Shown: positions 54,007-63,901 of the stretch, piece by piece | Layout of the letters: each line of letters begins with the position of its first letter | Position numbering within the stretch: position 1 is the first letter of the stretch | DNA from: Bacteroidota bacterium | GTDB taxonomy: Bacteria > Bacteroidota > Bacteroidia > AKYH767-A > OLB10 | Assembly (NCBI GenBank): GCA_016713525.1 | Contig: JADJOZ010000033.1 | Coordinates: forward strand, 255,007 to 319,006 | Reading direction: 5' to 3' | Length of the DNA stretch: 64,000 nucleotides | Program-made: the position numbers and the translations under genes | The notes under the pieces: generated by a model | The model's input: the letters and a program-made list of their open reading frames with translations, nothing else | What the model was told of the DNA's origin: nothing | Database searches by the model: none

Positions 54007-54702
54007 TTATTTGTTTATTTCAATGAAGCGCTCTATATCTCGTACCAATCCGAATACAATAATAGTATCCGATTCAATAAGTACTGTTTCTGAATTTGGA
54101 ACACCAAGAATATGTGCTTCTTTTAGTACTTCGCCATCTTTAATAGCTTCCGTTTCGCGCTTCAGCGTAATCAGATTTAAATTGTATTTGCTTCGCAGAT
54201 TAATATCTCCGAGACTGCGGTTCGCCATTGTTCTTGGAGTTTTAATTTCAACAATTTCATAATTGTCGGGAAGCATCAGTGAGGTTAGGATATTTGGATT
54301 CAACAATCTTTCCGCAACAGCTAAACCTACATCGTTTTCAGGGGAAAGGATTTCGGATACTCCAACTTTCTCCAGAATCTGTCTCTGATGCTTGCCGTTG
54401 GCGCGTGCCATAATTCTTTTCACTTTTAATTCCATCAACTGAACCACACATAACATCAGCGCTTCAAAATCTTCTCCAATGGCAACCACCACGGCATCCA
54501 TATCCTGAACATTTTGAGAGCGAAGCACTCTGATATCTGTAGCATCCATACATACTGCATAGGAAACTTCTTCCTTAATATCTTCAATGTGCTCTTCATT
54601 ACTGTCGATTGCAAGAACTTCAGCTCCACGAATGGCCAGAGTGCGGGCAATGGCATTTCCAAATTGTCCCAGACCAATTACTGCAAATTTGTATTGTGAC
54701 AT
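54007..54702 (-). CDS. TrkA/KtrA-like RCK protein (TrkA-N NAD-binding plus TrkA-C domains)
   Basis: 231 aa. The Rossmann motif is 'FAVIGLGQFGNAIARTLAIRGAEVLAID', with a TrkA-C-like C-terminus. It lies 26 bp upstream of sulP on the same strand. Confidence 0.8.
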   Translation of the reverse strand: MSQYKFAVIGLGQFGNAIARTLAIRGAEVLAIDSNEEHIEDIKEEVSYAVCMDATDIRVLRSQNVQDMDAVVVAIGEDFEALMLCVVQLMELKVKRIMARANGKHQRQILEKVGVSEILSPENDVGLAVAERLLNPNILTSLMLPDNYEIVEIKTPRTMANRSLGDINLRSKYNLNLITLKRETEAIKDGEVLKEAHILGVPNSETVLIESDTIIVFGLVRDIERFIEINK

Positions 54703-54740
54703 TTTTTAAAGTTTCTGTTTGCTGTGAATAGAAATGTGAA

Positions 54741-55886
54741 TTAACATGCGTCCAGTGCCTGCTTCAAATCTGCAAGCAGGTCTTCGATATCTTCAATACC
54801 AACACTCAAACGAATGAGTGAATCTACCACTCCCGATTTTTCACGCTCAGCTTTTGGTATGCTGGCATGTGTCATTGATGCAGGATGACCCGCTAATGAT
54901 TCCACACCACCCAACGATTCAGCCAGTGAAAATACTTTGAGTGCTGATGCCATACGAAAAGCAGCTTCCATATCATTCCCCTTCATGGTGAATGATATCA
55001 TTCCTCCAAAGTCGCGCATCTGTTCTTTTGCTATCTGATGATTCGGATGATCTTCGAATCCGGGCCAGAATACTTTGTCTATTTTTGGATGTGTTTTCAA
55101 ATAATGTGCAATTTCCTTTCCGTTTTTACAATGCGCCTGCATTCTTACATGTAAAGTTTTTATACCACGCATTACCAGAAAACTATCCATTGGTCCCGGT
55201 GTTGCACCACAGGAGTTTGCTATGAAAGCCAGTTCTTCATATAGGCTGTCGCTGTTAGTACATAATGCTCCCATCACCACATCGGAATGTCCTCCCAGAT
55301 ATTTGGTTGCTGAATGCATCACAATTGCAGCACCCAGATCAAGTGGATTCTGCAGATATGGCGATGCAAAAGTATTATCAACAACAAGAATCAGTTTATT
55401 GTCATCTGCAATTTTAGCACATGCCTTTATGTCGATGATTTTCATCAATGGATTGGTTGGTGTTTCCACCCAAAGCATTTTTGTTTTAGGATTCAGATGC
55501 TTCTTAATTTCATTGGCATCATGCATGTTTACAAAATGGAAAACGATGCCGTAGTGCGCAAAAATTTTAGTGAACATGCGGTAAGAACCACCATATAAAT
55601 CATCTGTAGCAATTACCTCATCGCCAGGCCGCAATAATTTAATGATCGCATCTTCAGCACCCTGACCACTGGAAAAACATAAGCCATGCTTTGCATTTTC
55701 AATTGCCGCAATACATTTTTCAAGAGCAACACGGGTTGGATTTTTACCTCTTGCATAGGCATAGCCTTTGTGTTTTCCCGGTGACTCTTGCACATAAGTG
55801 GAGGTTTGATAAATCGGAGTCATGATGGCTCCGGTGGATGGATCAGGTTCCTGACCGGCATGGATGGCTTTTGTACCGAATTTCAT
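54741..55886 (-). CDS. PLP-dependent transsulfuration enzyme (cystathionine gamma-synthase / gamma-lyase / beta-lyase family)
   Basis: The ORF extends to 55913, but the likely start is MKFGTKAIHAGQ at 55886. 'TGAIMTPIYQTSTY' is present, and the PLP lysine context is 'HSATKYLGGHSD'. Subfamily cannot be assigned by eye. Confidence 0.8.
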   Translation of the reverse strand: MKFGTKAIHAGQEPDPSTGAIMTPIYQTSTYVQESPGKHKGYAYARGKNPTRVALEKCIAAIENAKHGLCFSSGQGAEDAIIKLLRPGDEVIATDDLYGGSYRMFTKIFAHYGIVFHFVNMHDANEIKKHLNPKTKMLWVETPTNPLMKIIDIKACAKIADDNKLILVVDNTFASPYLQNPLDLGAAIVMHSATKYLGGHSDVVMGALCTNSDSLYEELAFIANSCGATPGPMDSFLVMRGIKTLHVRMQAHCKNGKEIAHYLKTHPKIDKVFWPGFEDHPNHQIAKEQMRDFGGMISFTMKGNDMEAAFRMASALKVFSLAESLGGVESLAGHPASMTHASIPKAEREKSGVVDSLIRLSVGIEDIEDLLADLKQALDAC

Positions 55887-56074
55887 ATTGTTCATTTGAT
55901 GCAAAATTATCAATATTTAATGGCTCTGTCACGCCTGTTGGCAAATATAATTGGCTGTAAAAAGGGTAGTTGCGGAATTTCAAACTTATTTATCCTTCAG
56001 CACCATAAACTAACTGACTTAACCGTTTGTTAACGAATTTGTGCATTTCCGACTGTGGGTTACCGGAAATTTCG

Positions 56075-56082
56075 TAATTTTG
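56075..56082 (+). promoter_or_regulatory. Candidate -7 box TAATTTTG for dxs
   Basis: TAnnTTTG match 23 bp upstream of the ATG at 56105. Confidence 0.35.
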
Positions 56083-56104
56083 TTAATTCCTTGTCTTATT
56101 TTAA

Positions 56105-58023
56105 ATGGAAGTACAACCAGGCGAACTCCTTAAAAGCATCAACTTTCCGGAAGATCTGCGGAAGCTGAAAGATGATCAGCTAAAGCAGGTTTGTGATGAA
56201 TTACGTCAGTTTATCATTGATATTGTTTCAGTTAACGGCGGCCACTTTGGAGCCAGTCTGGGTGTTGTGGAACTCACCGTTGCCCTTCATTATGCTTTTA
56301 ATACCCCCTACGATCAACTTGTCTGGGACGTCGGCCATCAGGCTTACGGACATAAAATTTTGACAGGCAGACGAGATGTTTTTCATACGAACAGAATTTA
56401 TCAGGGCATCTCAGGGTTTCCGAAACGCTCTGAAAGTGAATATGATACATTTGGAGTTGGGCATTCTTCTACCTCCATTTCTGCCGCCCTTGGTATGGCT
56501 GTTGCATCCCGGTTAAAAGGGGAAGCCAACCGCCAGCATGTAGCCATTATTGGCGATGGCGCCATGACCGCCGGCCTTGCATTCGAAGGTCTTAATCATG
56601 GTGGTGTTGAGGATTCCAATTTACTGGTGGTACTGAACGATAATTGTATGAGCATAGACCCTAATGTGGGTGCTCTTAAAGAATATCTTACCGATATAAC
56701 AACATCTCACACTTACAATAAAGTGAAAGATGAAGTTTGGAATATACTGGGCAAAATCAGCAAGTTCGGTCCAAATGCCCAGGCCATTGCTCAGAAGTTT
56801 GAAAATGCCCTGAAATCGGCCGTGTTAAAACATAGTAATATGTTTGAATCATTGAGGTTCAGGTACTTTGGACCAATCGACGGTCATGATGTGAACCACC
56901 TGGTAAAGGTAATGCGTGACTTAAGAGATATTCCCGGACCTAAAATTTTACATTGTATTACTGTCAAAGGTAAAGGGTTTGAGCTGGCCGAAAAAGATCA
57001 AACTAAATGGCATGCTCCCGGACTGTTCGATAAAATTACCGGTGAGATTTTTAAACCGGTTATTACAAAACCATCCCCACCAAAATATCAGGATGTTTTT
57101 GGAAATACACTGGTTGAGCTTGCTGTAAAGAATAAAAAAATAGTTGGGGTTACTCCTGCAATGCCTTCCGGATGTTCTATGAATATTATGATGAAGGCCA
57201 TCCCCGAAAGGGCATTCGATGTGGGAATTGCAGAGCAGCATGCAGTTACGTTTTCAGCCGGAATGGCAACACAAGGAATGATCCCTTTCTGTAATATTTA
57301 TTCCTCATTCATGCAACGTGCTTTCGATCAGGTTGTGCATGATGTGGCACTGCAAAATCTGCATGTGGTTTTTTGTCTCGATCGAGGCGGACTTGCTGGT
57401 GCGGACGGACCAACTCACCATGGTGTATTCGATTTCGCTTATTTCAGATGTATCCCCAATATGGTGGTCGCATCTCCAATGAATGAAGAGGAACTTCGTA
57501 ACATGATGTTCACCGCATCCCGTCACAACGGACCATTTTCGATTCGCTATCCACGTGGAAATGGTGTTATGGTAGAGTGGAAAACACCTCTTAAAGAAAT
57601 GAAAGTTGGTACCGGTCGCTTATTGCGGGAAGGCGAAGAAGTTGCGATTCTTTCTGTTGGCCATCCCGGAAATTTTGCTGAGGATGCCTGCAATCAATTA
57701 GCTAAGGAAGGGTTTTATCCCGCACATTATGACATGCGTTTTGTAAAACCGCTTGATGAAGAAATGTTGCACGAAATTTTTTCAAAATATAAAAAGTAAT
57801 TACGGTTGAAGATCATGCCATACAGGGTGGTTTTGGAAGTGCTGTCTCTGAATTTATGGCCGACCATAATTATAATGCAACTATGACCCGACTTGGAGTT
57901 CCCGACAGGTTTATTGAACACGGTGAACAAAAAGAACTCTATAATGAATGCCATTTTGATGCTACTGCAATCATGAATGCCGTCCGTCAATTGGTAGGTT
58001 CAGAATACCTGGTGCATCACTAG
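56105..58023 (+). pseudogene. dxs: 1-deoxy-D-xylulose-5-phosphate synthase, frameshifted as sequenced at the A5 run 57791-57795 (probably an artefact)
   Basis: 'GGHFGASLGVVELTVALHY', the TPP motif 'GDGAMTAGLAFEGLNH' and 'AEQHAVTFSAGMA' are present. ORF 56105..57799 stops at '..EIFSKYKK*'. With one extra A the frame continues 'VITVEDHAIQGGFGSAVSEFMADHNYNATMTRLGVPDRFIEHGEQKELYNECHFDATAIMNAVRQLVGSEYLVHH*' to 58023. Confidence 0.9.
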
Positions 58024-58193
58024 AAAAACTTCTACTCTTAATCAAGTTATTGATATTCAAATAGTTAATATTTGTTAAGTTGCCTTTGGCAGGATGGTTG
58101 TTAAAGAAATGGCCCTTATACTTGATTTATTAAAGAATTTGCTTTACTTTTAAAGTTCGAAATTCAAATTAAACCCATAAATAATCTATCAAA

Positions 58194-58619
58194 ATGAAAT
58201 ATTTCAAAACCCTATTGGTACTTGTTGCCTTGTTCACAATTGGAACAGTTAATGCACAAACATCACGGTTAACCGGAAAAAGCTACACTTTTGTGATGAA
58301 AGATGCTGTAAACGGTGGTGAAGAAACTTTTGATCAGTTTACTTTTGAAGCCGACCAAGTGGTATCCGATGCATTTGGTAAAAAAGGATTTACCAGCAGC
58401 AAAATTATCGAAAAACAAAGTGTGAATACAACCAACTTTGAAGTAACATTGAAAAGTGCTACTGAAGGAACTCGCTTATATCGCGGACGTGTTGATGGTA
58501 GCGCAATTGATGGAACTATCATTATTACTGATAAATCAGGAAATCAGGTAACGTATGCTTTCAGAGGTATGCTTACTGAAGACTGGAATAAAGCAATGGA
58601 AATGAAAAAAGGTAAATAA
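58194..58619 (+). CDS. Hypothetical secreted protein
   Basis: 141 aa with signal peptide MKYFKTLLVLVALFTIGTVNAQ. I recognise no motif. Confidence 0.6.
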   Translation: MKYFKTLLVLVALFTIGTVNAQTSRLTGKSYTFVMKDAVNGGEETFDQFTFEADQVVSDAFGKKGFTSSKIIEKQSVNTTNFEVTLKSATEGTRLYRGRVDGSAIDGTIIITDKSGNQVTYAFRGMLTEDWNKAMEMKKGK

Positions 58620-58635
58620 TATTTACCACGTTCAT

Positions 58636-58671
58636 AAAAAAAGGGTCGCTTCGAAAAGCGACCCTTTTTTT
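58636..58671. terminator. Bidirectional intrinsic terminator
   Basis: GGGTCGCT (58643-58650) pairs with AGCGACCC (58657-58664). It is flanked by A7 and T7 runs, between the convergent stops at 58619 and 58691. Confidence 0.75.
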
Positions 58672-58690
58672 ATTGTAGTTGATTAATGGA

Positions 58691-60112
58691 TTATTGAATT
58701 ACTATTTTTTGATGGAATTGTTTTTGGTTTTCTGTGATGATTGTAATTACATAAATCCCCGAAGTGAATTCACGAACATCAATAAGCTCTCTGTTTGATG
58801 CTGATGAAACCTCTTTGATTTTTCTTCCTGTAAGGTCACTTATATTTAAAGAAATTACAGTTGCATTAGTTTGCAGATGTATGTATTCGGAAGCAGGATT
58901 AGGAAATAAATAAACCGGAAGATCATCAATTGTAGCAAGGGAAGTTGTGACAATAATTGAAGCAGATATTGCAGTGCAACCATTTGAATCGGAAACAGCA
59001 ACTTCGTATATGCCTCCTGTGGTAGTGAGATAACTGTTGTTGGTAGCACCTGAAATAGCAACTCCATTCAATGACCACTGATAAGTTGCAAATCCCGGAG
59101 TAGCAAACAAGGTATCGCCACTCACAGTTATAACAGGTGCACCGGGAATAGCATTCACAATCATGGTTGCGGCAGTGAGTGTGTCGGAACCTCCGGGACC
59201 GTTAACTATAAGAGAAACAGGATAATTTCCCGGAGAATTATAGCATACTGCTGTCGGATTTTGTGAAGTCGAAAAACTTGGTGTTGCACCTGAAAAAATC
59301 CAGAACCATGAAGTCGGGTTTCCGGTTGAGAGATCGGTGAAGTCGACACAGGTATTAGCACAAACACTGCTATCACTCACACTAAATGCTGCTACAGGTG
59401 CGGCGGCGGTTGATTTACCAATGATGTGTATTTCATCTATTCCAAAGCCCGGATCATTCGCAGTCAGCGACACCTGATTTACAAAGCGAAAACCGATGCG
59501 GAAAGTAGTGGTGCCCGGAGCGATGGACATAGTAACTGCTTTGTTTGCCCATGTTGGTTGATTGCGGTATTGTGCCGTGCCTCCGGTAGCAAGTGTCCAG
59601 CTGATACCACTATCAGTGCTGTAGTATAACTCACCATAAATATTCTGACTTCCATCGCATAGCCATATGAAAGTGGTGGTAACCGAATCATACCCTGCAA
59701 CATTAATATCCTGATTCATAGCAGTGAAATTAAATTCTGCATTGCCACATAAACCATTTGCTGCCAGATAGGAGCAATTATATATGCCTGCTGCAGTTGC
59801 TGCATCACTGGTGATGTGCATATAAAATGTTGATGATCCGCCTGTAGTGCCAACGGGCTGTAATTGCGTATTTGGAACCGTAAAAGTGGTTGGAATGCCC
59901 AGGCATACCAATTGACCGGTTCCACCATCATAAGCATCATTAATAACCCATTCATTGTATCCGGTTGTGCCGGCACTGCTACTCATATCGGCAGTATTTA
60001 ATGTAAAGGAGGTTCCACCGGTCTCGAAATCTTCATGGTAAAGTGTATCGGCTGTTTGCGAAATACCTTCAAATCCTGCAAGGAGCATTAGTAATAGTAG
60101 TAGTTTTTTCAT
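58691..60112 (-). CDS. T9SS cargo: N-terminal MAM/choice-of-anchor-like domain, PKD domain, Ig-like domain and T9SS tail
   Basis: 473 aa with signal peptide MKKLLLLLMLLAGFEGISQ. The PKD segment is 'FTDLSTGNPTSWFWIFSGATPSFSTSQNPTAVCYNSPGNYPVSLIVNGPGG'. The tail is 'VYLFPNPASEYIHLQ..GIYVITIITENQKQFHQKIVIQ'. Confidence 0.85.
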   Translation of the reverse strand: MKKLLLLLMLLAGFEGISQTADTLYHEDFETGGTSFTLNTADMSSSAGTTGYNEWVINDAYDGGTGQLVCLGIPTTFTVPNTQLQPVGTTGGSSTFYMHITSDAATAAGIYNCSYLAANGLCGNAEFNFTAMNQDINVAGYDSVTTTFIWLCDGSQNIYGELYYSTDSGISWTLATGGTAQYRNQPTWANKAVTMSIAPGTTTFRIGFRFVNQVSLTANDPGFGIDEIHIIGKSTAAAPVAAFSVSDSSVCANTCVDFTDLSTGNPTSWFWIFSGATPSFSTSQNPTAVCYNSPGNYPVSLIVNGPGGSDTLTAATMIVNAIPGAPVITVSGDTLFATPGFATYQWSLNGVAISGATNNSYLTTTGGIYEVAVSDSNGCTAISASIIVTTSLATIDDLPVYLFPNPASEYIHLQTNATVISLNISDLTGRKIKEVSSASNRELIDVREFTSGIYVITIITENQKQFHQKIVIQ

Positions 60113-60254
60113 ATTCCGGTTATTTAAGGTAGCTAATGTAGTGAACTATTTCCGGAATTTAAAATTTACTTTGAAAGTAGCAAGGTGGAATTTTATTCCC
60201 GGAACAAAATGCAGATTTATTGTAAAATCAGTTTGGAAAAACTATTTTTGAAGA

Positions 60255-62731
60255 ATGATTATAACCACCAAACATCATTTTGTATTATTCACCTTCCTTT
60301 ATTGCTTTTTCTCCATTTTGAATGTTCAGGCCTTCACTGTTTCTGGTCGCGTGACAGGTAACAACGATGAACCCCTGGCCTTTGCAAATGTTTATGTAAA
60401 AGGTACATCTACCGGTACTACCACCAATCTGGATGGTTACTATAAGCTGGAGCTAACAGATTTGCCATGCGAACTGGTGTACCGCTATCTGGGTTACAAA
60501 TTGCGGATTGAAAAAATTGGTATGCTGACGGAGCCACTTCAGTTGAATGTGAAACTTGAGCCTGAAAATTTTACATTGGCGGGTGTAACCATCAAAGCCG
60601 ATTCTGAAGACCCTGCTTACGCTATTATCCGTAAAGCTCAGGCAAAACGCAAATTTTATCAGGATCAGGTGGATGCATTCAACTGCGATGTTTATATCAA
60701 AGGACTTCAGAAAATTACAAAGTACCCTAAGAAAATTTTAGGTATGGAGGTGAATTTCGGAGAGTTTGTTGATTCTGTTTCCGGTATTATTTATTTGTCG
60801 GAGTCGGTTTCAAAATATAGTTTTAAAAAGCCCGATGATGTTAAGGAAGTAATGGTTTCTTCGCGCGTGAGTGGCAGTAATAAAGCATTCAGCTTTAATC
60901 AGGCTTCCGACATGGACTTTGATTTTTATGAAAATATTATGGCTGTTGGTGGAATCAGTCAGCGTGGTTTTATTTCTCCAATTTCCGGAAGTGCCATGTT
61001 CTACTATCGTTATAAGCTCGAAGGTTCTTATCTCGAAAATGGAAGATGGGTGAATAAAATTGCAGTTATTCCCAAACGAAAAAATGATCCTGTATTTGCA
61101 GGTTATATTTACATTCAGGATAGCACCTGGCGGATTCATAGCACCGATTTATATCTTACCAAAGATTCACAAATTGAATTTGTGGATACACTCCGTGTGA
61201 ATCAGGTTTTTATTCCTGCCGACAAAGCTGAAGATATCTGGAAACCCGGCTCTGTAACCTTCCGTTTTGTTTTCAGTGCGCTGGGAATTGAAGGGAATGG
61301 AAATTATGTTGGGATTTATTCCGGCTATGATATCAATCCTTCTTTTAAAAAGAAACATTTTAGCGGGAGTGTAATGGTTGTTTCTGAGGAATCTAATAAG
61401 AAAGATACTACCTATTGGGAAACAATTCGACCAATTCCATTAACCACAGAAGAAGTTACCGATTATATCAAGAAGGATTCATTGCGCGAAATAAAAGAAT
61501 CGAAACCATATCTCGATTCGCTTGACAGGATTTCGAATAAGTTTAAAATTTCGAAATTAATAATGGGCTATGATTACGCCGACAGGTATACAAAAACAGA
61601 ACTTAGTGTTTCAGGATTATTGGATAACGTTCAGTTTAATACCGTGGAAGGATTAAACATCGGTGTGGTTACCCAGTTTGTAAAACGATACGAAGATCGC
61701 CGTAGCTGGAGAACTGAATTAAAGGCACGCTATGGTTTTGCAATTGAAGAGCCTTCGGTTACCGGTTCAGCACAATATGTTTACAATAACAAAAAGTTTG
61801 GTAGTGTGAAGTTGCATGGAGGAAGTGAACTTATTCAATTTAATGAAGCAGAACCCATATCGCCACTCATCAACACCAGTTATTCACTTTTTGGTGAGAA
61901 GAATTATATGAAGCTTTATCGCAAATCGTTCCTTAATTTGGAATCGGGACTCGAACCGGTAAATGGAGTAAGGTTTGGTGCAGGAATAAGTTTTTCGGAA
62001 AGAGATGCAGTGAAGAATCATTCTGATTTCACTTTCATGGATGATAAAAAAAGAGAATACACTTCAAACAACCCTTGGTGCCTTCAAGTGACTTGCTGTT
62101 TTTTCCTACCAATAATGCATTTAAAATTATGGCAAATGCACGGATCCGAATCAAACAAAAATATATCGATCGCCCGGATATGAATTATATTTTGGGATCA
62201 AAATATCCGACCTTTTTTGTCAATTATTCGAAGGGAATTGCTGATATCTTCGATAGCGATGTTGATTATGATAAACTGGAAGGTGGAGTAGAAGATGATA
62301 TTCGTTTAGGGATGCTGGGAACATTGAGCTACTATGGTGTTTATGGAAAGTTTCTGAATAATAACCGCGTTTACTTTATGGATGCTGCTCATTTTAATGG
62401 TAATAAAACATCCTTTTCTGGATTTGAACAAAAGCGTTTCGACTTACTCGACTATTACACCTACAGCACTGCCGATGAGTACGGTCAGGTGTTTCTGGAG
62501 CATAGTTTCGGTGGATTTATTCTCAACAAAATTCCGTTGTTGCGTAAACTTAAGTTAAATGAACTGGCTGGCTTTAGAGCACTTTATGTTCCGGATAGAG
62601 ATACTTACTTTGAGGCATCATTCGGATTAGAAAAGCTTGGCTTCATTCGTGCCGACATTGTTTTTGGATTCGATGAAAATGGAAATACCAAAACAGGATT
62701 TGTATTTGGAATCAGAGGACTCATTGAATAG
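60255..62731 (+). pseudogene. CarboxypepD_reg-like domain / DUF5686-type outer-membrane-associated protein, frameshifted between 62046 and 62077
   Basis: The N-terminus 'FTVSGRVTGNNDEPLAFANVYVKGTSTGTTTNLDGYYKLEL' is a carboxypeptidase-regulatory-like fold. ORF 60255..62183 ends in an out-of-frame tail. The second frame (ORF 62075..62731) is open from 62048. The candidate slip sites are the A7 run 62046-62052 and the CCC at 62072-62074. Confidence 0.7.
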
Positions 62732-62756
62732 CGTCAATTAGTCCTCTGTATTTTTC

Positions 62757-63173
62757 TTATTGCTGAATATTTTTCTTGTACTTTAACAATGAGGCTTTAA
62801 CAACAATATCTTTTTTAATATCCGTGCGTCGTTTAGAGCCTGAAACACTGCCATTATCGCCTGCAGAAGTAGCGCCGACTCCAGTTGTTACAAATCCTCC
62901 GGTCGTCTGATCAAAATTGTCTATAATAAGTGCATCAGCACCTTTTGAGCGTGCAATTGCCATTACCTTCGACTGAATTTTATTCATGTTCATGCTACTC
63001 GGAAGCGCTACATCAAGTTTTCCCATCACTTCATAAGGTTCAACAACATCTGCTTCACGAAAATATAACTTTACTACCGGTGTTGGCACATACGCTCTTC
63101 CCAGATATTTATAAGGTTTAGCACAGGCAATCAATAAAGTTGAAAGGGTCAGTACAAAAAGTAATTTTCTCAT
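62757..63173 (-). CDS. Hypothetical lipoprotein
   Basis: The ORF extends to 63263. The likely start is MRKLLFVLTLSTLLIACAK at 63173, with the lipobox 'LIAC'. Confidence 0.55.
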   Translation of the reverse strand: MRKLLFVLTLSTLLIACAKPYKYLGRAYVPTPVVKLYFREADVVEPYEVMGKLDVALPSSMNMNKIQSKVMAIARSKGADALIIDNFDQTTGGFVTTGVGATSAGDNGSVSGSKRRTDIKKDIVVKASLLKYKKNIQQ

Positions 63174-63276
63174 ATTGTCTAATTTTAGTGTGGTTAACCG
63201 TGATTCGGCATACGTTGTAAAATTAGGTACTTTTTCGGGTTTTGCCAAAAGGGCCACTTTCAATCTTCAAAATCTG

Positions 63277-63893
63277 TTAGAACTGAAGCGATAATCCACC
63301 TCGGGCAATTCCATGGATGCCGTATCCAACTTCTACAAATCCACCTAACATCCCGCCAAAGCGGATGCCTACCGGAGTAAATTGCAGTGCAAACTCATTG
63401 AATTGGGTGTTCCTGACAATGTTTCCGGTAAACGTTTCTCTTAAAACCAGTTTACGCCCAATTCCGAAAGTGGTGTAAAAAGAAAATCCCGGTTCTTCGT
63501 GCCAGGTTAATTTGCCTTGTGCCATTATACCAATAAACCGGGTCCTTTCTCTGATGTCGGGTTCCAGGGTATAATCATATTTTTCGGTCACCAACAAGTG
63601 AGTTGCAAATACCCCGAGAGCAATATTTTCTTTCACATCATACTGATAACCACCGAAGAAGGTGCCTGAAGCACGTATGTCGTAAGTATAAGGGTCATTT
63701 CCTTTTACTTGCCAGAAATCATCGAAAAAGAGGCTAAAACCGGCGATGCCAATATGCCAAAACCAGCCGAAACCTCATGTTTTGGAAATTCCTGAGCCTC
63801 ACTTAGAGCCGTTATGCCCACCAAAAGCACCAAAGCGCCTGTTAATGAACACAAGCTATTTTGATATGACGCCATTTTTGTCGATTTTTGCAT
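63277..63893 (-). pseudogene. Small outer-membrane beta-barrel protein, frameshifted around 63740-63775
   Basis: ORF 63705..63893 supplies the signal peptide ('ALVLLVGITALSEAQE'). The frame of ORF 63277..63636 is open upstream to about 63775 ('GIAGFSLFFDDFWQVKGNDPYTYDIRASGTFFGGYQYDVKENIALG..'). It ends with the barrel signature '..GIARGGLSLQF'. Confidence 0.6.
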
Positions 63894-63901
63894 CCTGAAA
63901 T

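Noticed and set aside
55914-56104. Possible SAM or other riboswitch in the divergent region between the transsulfuration gene and dxs.
   Set aside because: Reading both strands, I could not find the conserved SAM-I/SAM-II core elements or a convincing multi-stem fold. Only a TAnnTTTG promoter box for dxs is supportable.
57727-57990. The minus-strand ORF 57727..57990, and the idea of a separate small gene after dxs.
   Set aside because: On the plus strand the region encodes the conserved C-terminal domain of Dxs, in frame once the A-run indel is corrected.
10483-63775. Programmed ribosomal frameshifting, or general phase variation, as the explanation for the split genes.
   Set aside because: The sites have no shared slippery heptamer or downstream structure. 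Both +1 and -1 corrections are needed. The affected genes are functionally unrelated and include essential dxs. Homopolymer indel error is the simpler explanation. The T8 tract in the AraC gene is kept only as a low-interest finding.
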